Shown here: positions 53,502 to 64,000 of the stretch, in pieces
How the letters are laid out: every line of letters starts with the position of its first letter
Position numbering within the stretch: the stretch's first letter is position 1
Source: Chrysomallon squamiferum
Taxonomy: Eukaryota > Animalia > Mollusca
Reading direction: 5' to 3'
Assembly (NCBI GenBank): GCA_012295275.1
Contig: CM022676.1
Span: 12,958,001 to 13,022,000, forward strand
DNA: 64,000 nucleotides
Program-made: the position numbers and the translations under genes
The notes under the pieces: generated by a model
What the model saw: only the letters and a program-made list of their open reading frames with translations
What the model was told of the DNA's origin: nothing
Databases searched by the model: none

Positions 53502-54260
53502 TTATTTTTCACTCTTAGGTTCTGTTTGTTTGTCATCTTCATCAGGAAGTGGTTCTGCTTTCTTGTTCCAGTCAATGGAGACGTACTCCACTTTGTCCTG
53601 TGTTTTGTGAACTTGTTTACTTGGTTGTGTGTTAGAGAAATCTATACCAACATACAGCAGCCCATCTTCATCTCGTCCACACTTTGCTCCCTGAAACAAA
53701 CAAAAAAACACATAACTACTTAATATGAAACCCCGTCCCTGAAGAAATTTCTTTGAATTATAAGCCTACAGTCAGATCTCTTCATAACTTTCCTCTTTAT
53801 AGCATTTCCTCCTTTATCACCTCAAAAATGGCTAAGCACTGACTGTCTGTATTTAATTACACAAATGATTAACTTTTTAAAATACACACACATGTAACAT
53901 TTTTTTAAACACACACAAACCTAATTTTTTTAAAGTATAATTTTTTGTTTTAAATTAATTTTTTTTTTCTGAAAAATACAAAATTAACTCTTTTTTATTT
54001 AATACACACAAATTTAACTTTTTTAAAAACACTAATTTATCTATTTATTAAATAAATACAATTTAACATTATCCAAATTCACACAAATTCAGAGCAAATA
54101 TTTATACATTTCTTTAAGAAAAATCAAGGCAATGTTAATAAAGAGATTTGATTGTCAATGTGTCTCAACACTGGAATACATTGATTTTTGGACAGGTTTT
54201 GTTTCTAATTTTTTCTTCTTTTTTCTCTCACATTATAAAGAGACTGAACTTTTTTTTTTC

Positions 54261-54299
<39 letters not shown>

Positions 54300-57200
54300 A
54301 CTTTAAATAAATTAAATCTTTTGGGATACCATTTATTTTATCTGTTTTCATTTTCTTTGCCATCAATTTCAATATTTGGAACCAATCGCAATATCAATGG
54401 CCTCAAAGTTTTGTAAGATCTTGTTAGATCTGTTTTTACTGGGCATAATATTGGTAAAAACTATTCTTTATTTACCATGGATTCAGGTGTCTATTCTATC
54501 ATTTTATTTATTTTTTAATTTAAAAAACAATATATACATATATATATATATATATAATTTTTTTTTTTATTATTGTTTCTATACATATTTAAATAAATAA
54601 ATGGTGTGCATAAATGTAGATTTATTACCTGGATATCCTGACCTGTAGCACCCTCTCCTTCAAACACTGCATTGGCATATGTAACATCATCCCTTACAGC
54701 ATCAACATTTTCATAAACATCTCCTACACAAAAGTAACATTTTAGTGAGCCAAATGGAATATGATCACTGATAAATTGATAAATGTATTGATAAATTCCA
54801 AATAACTATTTTTGAATCAGACAGTTCCCTGTTCATACCATGTTTTTATCATCAGAAATTACTATAATTATCATCAGTAAAAACTACTGAAATTAAGAGT
54901 TTCTAAGTAACTGTGTGTCATGTCATGAAATAAGTAGTAATATTAAAATATTTGTTTAAAGCCTTAAGCAATTTTCAAAATACATTTTCAAAATAAACAA
55001 CCAATAGTAATAATACTACTAATAATATTAACAACAATGGAATACTAACATGACATAAAGAATTAAATAATTTTATATCTTTTCTTTCCATAAGGATTAC
55101 TATATAAATATTTTTTCTGCATGATATTATAAATACACACACACACATATGCAGACACACACAAACAAACACACACACACACAATTTCATGCACACATAA
55201 ACATTTCTTAAAATATAAATTATCTGAATGAAACCTTTCTGTGCTTGCTTCACTTTCTTTTCAGCACCTACAGAAATAATAATAACAACAACATCAACAA
55301 CAACAACAACAGTAAAAGTATATCTAGAATATTAAATTAAATGGAATTTTGCTTAACAAAACATATTACATATTACTTAATTATTATTTAACCCAGAAGA
55401 ATGACTCTTTGAATGATAATTTGTAACAGTCTGGAAAGTTTCTCAAAAGTAATTTTTTGGTTTTAGAAAATGAAAATTGCATTTGCCATATTTGGTCTAA
55501 GTGTATAATAATACAGTATATATATTTTTTTCTTTTAACAAATAAAGATGTACAGTTAAAAAGATAGTGGAATTCATCACCAGTATCAGAATAACATAAA
55601 TGACATTCTGACTTCTCATTTAATACTAAACCATCTACCAGTTTGATGTTACTGGTTCTAAACCTACATAATGTTGTAGCATCCTTTTGTTGGCAACTTT
55701 AACAGATAATGTTCTAATTTAAATTCATCTTTAAACATTCTGTAATTAATTACTTTAGATCACTCAAGTTAATCAGGATGTTTTAGCCACAAAACATCCA
55801 CTTGGACACATGAATATGTGTTACATAAACCACATTCATCTAGTATAGCTTTCATAGAAGATAACCAAGGACTTAATACAGCATTTATACTATGGTTATA
55901 ACGATAACAACATGAATAGTACACCTGACAATTTATACTCTTTACAGTTAACAACCTTTGTCCAAAATGTAATCATTCTTACTTTAACACTTATAACATT
56001 GGGTATCTTCCTAATTCACCACAAATCATAGAGCTTGTTAACTCATAATATATATTTGCAAAACTTGAGATGAAGTCTTGAATTATATCTAAATTACTAA
56101 AAGGTGTAGTTGATGTTGTAAATCATCTGCTGTTTCTACTAACAGTACAGTATCATCAGCAAATAAAAATACAAATAATTTATGATATACATTAATATGT
56201 TTGCAAGAAAACCTGTTATTGAGTGTATCTATACTGATCTTGTTGTATTAGTCTCTAATTAGATTATGTAATACCACTTGGCAGCTGATGTATCCCTGAC
56301 ACAGAAGGTGTTGTTGATCAAGATAGTTATCGTCTGTTTATTAAACATACTTTGTTTTAGTTGCTTAATACATAGTCACCTGGCTTTTCCACTCTTTGGC
56401 ATAAGCAATGAGATCAATGGACGAATCACAGGGAGACATGTTTGTCCATGAGAAACTTTAAAGTTCAGGCAGGTAACTACATTTTTGGCACGTTGTTTAA
56501 CTCAGATGTGATTGTTGTGACAAGTAATATTATTTTTATTATGGTATTATTCAATTATTTTAGAGGGTGTATGGGTTTCTATCTGTGCCAAAGTAACTAA
56601 TCTCAAGTCAGTTGCTACTACCTGGGTAGGTTCCTGTGAAGGATGACATGATATCAGAAGTTACAAAGACCTATTTGATATCACTTATTAAAAGATACTG
56701 TAAATTACTTCATTACATAACCCTACTTATTCAATTTACAAACCTTTTTCTTTCTTTTTCTTTTCTTTTTCCTTTTTCTTTAACTTTAAATCTTGTTTTT
56801 CCTTCTTTTTTTTCTCATTGGCAGATTCTGTTTGGCCTTTTTTACCTGTAATTTGTGGGAGAAGTAGCATTAACTGATAAAACAGTTATCTATTTTTCTT
56901 ATTTGACAATTAAGAGATTAAACAAAGAAAGGCATATTTTTTATTAATGATGCAGTCAACAAATTTTATCTGTGAAACTAATAATTATGGTTATGGACTG
57001 CAGAAGATAAAAAAAATAAAAAATAAAAAATACAGCATGTTATGATGACCTAATAAATATTTAACATAAAGTGTGTGGAGATATTTATACTCAAAAATCT
57101 TTACAAATTTCAATTAATTTGGGTCCCTATATAATTTCATGGTTTACTAAACAATGACTAATTGATGGCATTTAGCAAAGTCAGTCAGGACATCACCGGA

Positions 57201-57827
57201 TGTCAACACATTTAGAACATCTAAGAAAATGTAGAGTTCAACATTAATAATACGCCTAAAGTCCCAAACAGCCCTTCAGGTTATTTACTATTATGTGTTT
57301 TTAATGTTGTTTTTATTACCTTGTTTATTCTGATTAGCTGTAGACTCACCAGTCTTTGTTTTCTTTACAACAGAATATTGACTTTCAGGATTTTCAACTA
57401 TTAACCCAGAACTTGCACTTGGCTGAGGATCAATTTGACTTGAATCATTTCCTGTTATAATAAATACAACATATTAAACAAATGTCACTCAATTAAATAT
57501 AAAAATGTCAGCAACATCAGACACTGGATTCTTTGAGCAAAGTATATTATAAATATGAAATATCTAATTTCTGAAAATATGTAATTCTTTAAACCAATAA
57601 AAGCTAAATTATTAGTATTATTATAAGTATTGTTTCATTGTGTATTGATATTTGTTCGTTTCTCTCTTTCTTTAAAAAACTGAAATGAACAATGTGTGAT
57701 AGTAAATCATAATTTTTGTACCAAATGTTGTAACAGTTAAAACAAAAAGACAAATATTCACTGATATTGTTGAGGAAGGAAATCTTGTATGAGATGTGGT
57801 GGTGAGTTGGTATCCTTTATTATAACA

Positions 57828-57875
<48 letters not shown>

Positions 57876-59176
57876 GTTATTATTGTTGTTGTTGTTTTTT
57901 TGTGTTACATCTTAAAATTACTAAAATAATACACCAGACGTCAAAATTAGACTGGAAAATACAGCAGAAATAGATAACTGATAGTTGATGGATGGATAGA
58001 TAATGATGGGTAGACATTAAAATTCACTCTTTTTTAAGAGTTAAACAAAGAGGAAATCATATTCATTATCATATTTCAACTTATTTGTATACAGCATTGT
58101 TTTAATATGAATATGGCTGAAAGTAAATGTACATATTTTTAACAGTAACAATAATTGATGAGCTGTATATACAGTAAGAAAACAATTTTGACTTTTTATA
58201 TTATTATATACTCTCAGAAAAAAATATTTATTTTACTTTTATTTTATTTTTATTTTATTTTTTTATTTTAATAAATAAACTAATACATACCTGATTGTCT
58301 TGATTTACTTAAACTGTTATCTTTTGATGTAAAGTACAAATCATTGTCTTCCAACACTGGAGGGGAAAAAAAAAAAAGAAGGAATATCAACTATCAAGAA
58401 AAATAAAACATCATGCCAAAAAAAAATATAAATAAATAAATAAATAAAATTACTTTATTTGGACATCTAAATATTAATTATTTGGAATGATCAAAATATT
58501 ACTGATAAATTCAGAAGAGATGAATTATCTATCAATTATTTCATTATTAATATTATTACATTTCTTCTTTTCTTTGCTTTTTAAACATTTATGTCATCAG
58601 ACTTGAAATACAAATCATTTCCTCCAACACTGAAACCAAAACAAGATCAATGTTTATTTCTACTGGATTCTTGAGTTAACTATATTTCATATCCTGTTTG
58701 GAGTATTTTAGTTTTACATGATATTTTTATGAATCACACCTGGCAATACTTGACTCTTTAATCTGTCATCACGATTCATGTAGTACAACTCATTGTCTTC
58801 TAGAACTAAAAGATGAATCAGTTATTTAAGCAATAAATATATTCCATATTAACAGAGCCTGATTACAAAACATCTGAATGCAGCAATTTTATCCCTTTAC
58901 AAAGAAAGTTGTGTTGTTCTGATATATGTCACACTGATGGCTGGTATTTTTTTTCTTTATTTTGTATTTATTTATTTTATTTATCTTTTTTTTTTTCTGA
59001 CCAAAAAAGAAAATCTTAAGATCAAATCTGCTTGTCCTTCAGGTGATCACTTCACAACTGCACCGTTTTATATTTTTTCAGGGTCATTAAATTTGCATAT
59101 ATTAAGAGTTTGTTAATTTCAGTTAAAACAAAACTGATTACCTGGCAATACACATTCTGCATTACTACTTGTTTGC
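53502..59176 (-). CDS. 3' (cytoplasmic) exons of a tyrosine-motif protein, probably an ITIM-bearing receptor; 5' part not found in window
   Basis: Minus exons 59176-59142, 58805-58740, 58356-58291, 57451-57320, 55267-55235, 54723-54629, 53690-53502 splice in frame with GT-AG; motifs NELY, NDLY, SQYSVV, DVYENV, LLYVGI, VEYVSI. Confidence 0.75.
55600..56260 (-). mobile_element. LINE reverse transcriptase remnant
   Basis: Minus strand KLFVFLFADDTV at ~56145-56182 (RT catalytic motif); boundaries approximate. Confidence 0.55.
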
Positions 59177-61441
59177 CTGCAAAGCAAATAAAAATAATAT
59201 AAACATTACTACAGAGAGAAAAGCTTAATTTTTTCAGGTTTAATTTTATTATTTTTAACTTCAAATAATTTCCACCATAAATTTTATAAATTAGTTATTA
59301 TTGCTATTGTTTTGTTGTTTTGAAAGTCATCTAAAATCTTAATGGAGTCACTGTAATATAGACATGACAGCAGCTTCAAGGATCAAGTAAAACAAACATT
59401 GTACCACTGGAAAGGAAACTGGCTAATATTTTCCAAAGCATTTTCTGTATAAACATATTTTTAAATCTTTATCATCGTATTATAACTATTTTAAAAGTGT
59501 AGCCAAGGCTACAACATGCAGAAAACCTAAAGCAATATTTTTATTCTTTTTTATTCTTTTGTTTTTTAATTACTTTATTTTTTAATTATTTTTATTATGT
59601 ATTTATTTTTATTGATTATTATTATCTTGTAATTTTTTAATCTGTTGGTTGCTTTTTTAAGTCGAATTAAAGCATGGGATATCAGAAGATGGCTTCAAAT
59701 GAAGGATGTAAAATTAGTAAAATACAAGCAAACAAAAGAATCTTCAAATGTGTTGAATGGTTCCAGTGACATTATGATAAATTGTAAGAAAAAGGAAAGC
59801 TTACTTTACTTAAAGTCAATAATTTTCATTAAAAAGTTTCATGCTTCAATTGGAATTTATTTTTGAAAAAACATTCTAAATAATTAACACCTTGAATTTT
59901 TTTACACAGACTCCATGTAAATGATATATTTAATTAATAAGGATTTTCTACAGAGACATTTATTAAATTTTATTAATGAAAATGGCAAATCATAAATTAT
60001 AAAATAATATGGATATTTAACAAAAACATGTGCAAACAATGTCATATAAATTATGCTATGTTGCTTACATTCCAACATTATTTTTTTTTTTTTCCCATAG
60101 CATATAAATTGGACAATATCACACAATAGAATATAAATAAAGAAAGAATGTTTTAAAAAATCAATTTTTATACAATATATGCAAACTAATTATCTGCAGC
60201 TTTATACAACTGTGAAGATATTAAAAATATTAGTTACTGTTTTATAATCATTATACCTTGCAATATATTCTAAACAACTAATAGTTTTTAGTAAATGTAT
60301 GAAAATATTATTTTACAAGTATTTTTTCACATACATGAAAGATTTTTTAAATTTCTATCTATACATATATATGACTTTAGAATCTTGAAAAATAAAAGCA
60401 TGCAAATATATATCAGTTCAATACTAATCATGCATGTGCTATATCATAGGAAGCATACAACAGCATATGAATGTAGATTCCATTTCTCTGTCATTTATAC
60501 ATACATCACTCTTTAGTCACTGCACTTATTATAATTTTGTGGAAATCCATTAGAAAATAATCATGGATCACTTTAACAATAATTATGGATTTTGTGTTAT
60601 ACCAATATATGTCCAGGATTTCTGTCCATTTGAAATGCATATGTGTATTATTTTGTGTTCTTAATTCATCCTACATGACAGCACACAAAATAAGACTGCC
60701 TTGAGTTGAACAGGATTAGTATCCAAATGTCACAAACAAAAAAAAAACTGTAAAACAATAAATCAAAAAATGTTTTATAATTACCATTAATAATCCACAA
60801 AGAAACAGAAAGTTATTATTTTAAAACCCATTCCTTTCTATAAAAATTAAAAAACATGATACTTAAATGTAAATTCCAGATAAAAAAAAAAAAAGACAAA
60901 TTTGTCTATGACACATATAGTTGTCAAACAGAGATAAAACATAATAAAATGTGTTGTGATGAAAATGTCTGCTTTATTCTCTTCAATGAGGTGGGCACAA
61001 AAGCAGACTCTGACTATTTCTTTACAATTAATTTCTTAGGGTTGGGAATGTTCTGTAATCTTTGTGTAATTTTTATGATATGTTATTTGTTATTTTATAA
61101 GAAAGACAAAATTTTATTCTGTAAAGATTGCTAAGCTTTTACAGATGTCTCATTATTTTATTAAGTTTGACTATTCAAATAAAATATAGCATGCAGGATT
61201 TTATTTCAAATTATCATAATATTAATGTTTACAAAATGGTATTGAGGGCTGACTGGAAACATATTTTAATTTCAATTTGTAAATACAATTTCTCAGTTTT
61301 CATTTCCTAAGTTTTATATTTTGTTTAGATCTAGGATCTGTTCAGTTTCTAAATGAATAATTTAGGCCAAATTCAGGTGGTTATCTGTTTATGTCACATA
61401 ATCTGCATGGTATTTTTCATAATGGGTTACCCAAGCATAGT

Positions 61442-62640
61442 TACCGTATATACTTTGTGTACAAGGCGACCTTATGTATAAGTCGATGTGTATTTTAAGA
61501 CCACAAATTGCGTCATTTTAGGTATTACTTGTGTATAAGTCGACTGTAGAGATTCAGGCACCGTCACTATTTTAGACCAGTGTGACAGCCATGAAGCCTA
61601 CATTGTACGCCTACTGTAACATAACTTGCACGAGCTGTAACTTGCACGAACATACCATAATAACGTAAATGCATGTATTACACGAGCTATAGCCTAAATG
61701 TATCATAAATAGTATCTTTAATGTAATAGGTCTAACATGGAGACCTAACTTTTACCGTTATATTTAGCCGTTCTATGATATTTTATAAAACTTTATGGCC
61801 ATAGCCCCAAAATATTGTATATGATGCCAGGCAAACGAAATAAATATACTGCACAACGGTTTGGGTAATTAGATTTGCTGAAATTTAACAATTCTGCTGC
61901 TGGACGGGAGTATGGAGTCAGTGAAAAACTTGTTGGGACTGGAGAAAATGATTTACTAAATTACTTGAAATGCCAAAAAGTGAAGTGTGCTTTGACAGAA
62001 GCAAAAAAGTCAAAACATCCGGAAGAAAAGACACTTTTTGAGTCGGTCAAGCAAAAGTAGACAAGACGGCTGTATAAGTTACAAGGGTGCTATCCGTTTA
62101 CAAAGCAGTTGGCTAAGAAGGCAGGAATTACGGATTTAAAAGCCAGTCCGGTGCACGCTGTTCATGAAAAAGCATCATTTAGTTCACAAAAAAACAAAAC
62201 CGCCCAGTGTTTACCCAGAGAGCTTGATGATAAAATAAATAAAGCCACAGATTTGGTTATCCGTCACAGAGAAAAATGCGCTTTGCTTTTGTATTGCGTA
62301 ACATGGATGAAAACGCCAATGACGTTTGACATGCCATCGAATAACTGTTAACAAGATCGGGAGAAAACCATTTAGTGGAAAACGACAGGCCATGAAAGTC
62401 AAAAATCACCGTTATTTTAGGCTGTATGCAGACGGAACAAAGTTTAAACCTATGGTAGTTTTCAAGCGCAAAACCATGCCAAAAGAAAATTTCCAGCGGC
62501 GTATTAATACACCGCACATCCAAAAAGGGTGGTTGGATGCGGCCGGATGCAAGCTCTTGGTTAACCAAGTATGGAGCAATCCATTCAGATGGATTATGAA
62601 AAGAAAAAGTCTTTGTTAGTATAGACATGTTCAAAGTTAA
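61442..62640 (+). mobile_element. pogo-family DNA transposon, frameshifted and 3' truncated
   Basis: Terminus TACCGTATATACT...GTATAAGTCGA; NNSAAGREYGVSEKLV (Brinker-like HTH), TPMTFDMPSN, ADGTKFKPMVVFKRKTMPKE (DDE_1-type). Confidence 0.8.
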
Positions 62641-62839
62641 TACCCAGATTCCCGTAAAAGATTCGGCGCCCACCCCAGTTCTACGCTATTCATAAACTTC
62701 GACGCACAAACATCGCCTGGAACACCACCGGCGCATTTTTGAACTGAAGTGGATGTTAAAGGAAAAGACGTTCACAAAGCAATGGCGAGAAATCAGCCAT
62801 GCGAGCGGCGCGACGCCCGGCGCGCCAATCCCGGGCTTG

Positions 62840-63577
62840 TATTTCTGACTGGGTAGACTCACAAACAAAGAAAATAATAAAAATACTGACAGCTGTAGAC
62901 AACATGGCGGAATCTCGGAGAAGCTAAATAACTACAATGAACAACAAACCGGACCAGGAACAAGATAACAGAGTAAAAGATAGTTGCTAGCATGATAACG
63001 GGTTTTTCCTTCCCTTGTTTACTCAGTTACAGAACAGTGTAGTGTATCTGTGTGATAAAAATAAAACTTGTTTTAGATAAACTCGCGCATGACAAAGAGT
63101 ACGACAAAACAGATTAGAAAACAATAGAAAACTGGATACATTATACTGTATGTGTGTGTGTGTGTGAGACTATGTGTGTGCGTGAGAAAGACAGAGAGAA
63201 ACATAGAAAGAAAGATATTGTAAACACAAACACTAATACACCTCTCTCTGTTTCTTTTCTCTCTCTCTTTCTGTCTGTCTGTGTGTGTGTGCGTGTGTGT
63301 GTGTTTATTCTTTAATCTACTTACTTAATATTTCTGACTGGGTAGGTGACATACACAAGAAGAAAATAATAAAAATATCAACAGCTGTAGACAACATTTA
63401 TGTATAAATAACTTGGACCAGACCCAGAAGAAGATAACAAGTAAAAGATTAAAAGAGTAAAAGTGTAAAAGATTGTTGTTAGGATCGTATCAGGTTTTTC
63501 CTTCCCTTGTTTACTCAGTTATAGAACAGTGTGGTGTTTCTGTGTGATAAAAATAAAACTTGTTTTAGATAAACTCC
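62840..63577. repeat. Local direct duplication of ~250 bp
   Basis: ATTTCTGACTGGGTAG...GTTTTAGATAAACTC at ~62841-63084 and ~63331-63576. Confidence 0.8.
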
Positions 63578-64000
63578 CGAGAGAGAGAGAGAGAGACAGA
63601 GAGAGAGAGAGACAGAGAGAAAGAGCGAGAGAGAGAGAGAGAGAGAAATAAATAAAACAGGCAGAGACAGATATATGTATATTTGTCTGTGTTTAGTTTT
63701 GGTAATGTTTAGTCATTTATATACAGATAAATTTACTGAACAGAGGTATTTCACATTTCACTGCGCATGTGCGCGTTGCTGGGTAATTCGAGGACGAAGA
63801 TCGCGAGATCTCGCCAAAATAGAAATCGGTTACAAAATAAATGGTTTATTTAAAGAGTTTTCTTAAGCATAAAGTATGTATACTTGTGAGTGTTTGTGCT
63901 AATTACACCTAACAATAACTGTAATTAGACAAGATACTGGTTTTAACCTATAAGGAAATACGTTGCTCACATTTCCTTCATAAAGAAAAGATTTAACTAA

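Noticed and set aside
59405-59445. Possible extra minus-strand exon of the ITIM gene
   Set aside because: Phase-compatible but with no motif or paralog support; not distinguishable from chance.

Overview
AT-rich, microsatellite-rich, intron-containing animal DNA, most likely an invertebrate (a gastropod mollusc is my inference from the Ig-domain style, not shown). Positions ~0.6-48.6 kb hold a + strand tandem array of multi-exon immunoglobulin-superfamily receptor genes. By manual splicing, two are intact. Gene A (678/1045-11052, ~841 aa) is signal peptide, V-like Ig, 5 further Ig, FN3, TM and two canonical ITAMs. Gene B (13803-27983, ~723 aa) is signal peptide, V-like Ig, 4 further Ig, FN3, TM and one ITAM. 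They are followed by a leader+V unit (31815-34534) and a decayed paralog (37234-48640). The array also carries about nine copies of a promoter+leader cassette, a frameshifted V pseudo-exon, and V exons that are sequence mosaics of each other. Convergent on the - strand (59176-53502) are the cytoplasmic exons of a protein with three ITIM-consensus motifs, whose 5' part was not found in the window. Together this looks like an invertebrate paired activating/inhibitory Ig-receptor complex diversifying by duplication, exon shuffling and gene conversion. Introns and spacers contain Tc1, pogo/Tigger, MULE, Gypsy-like and LINE remnants and MITEs. All gene models are read by eye from splice sites and frame continuity; expression is untested.
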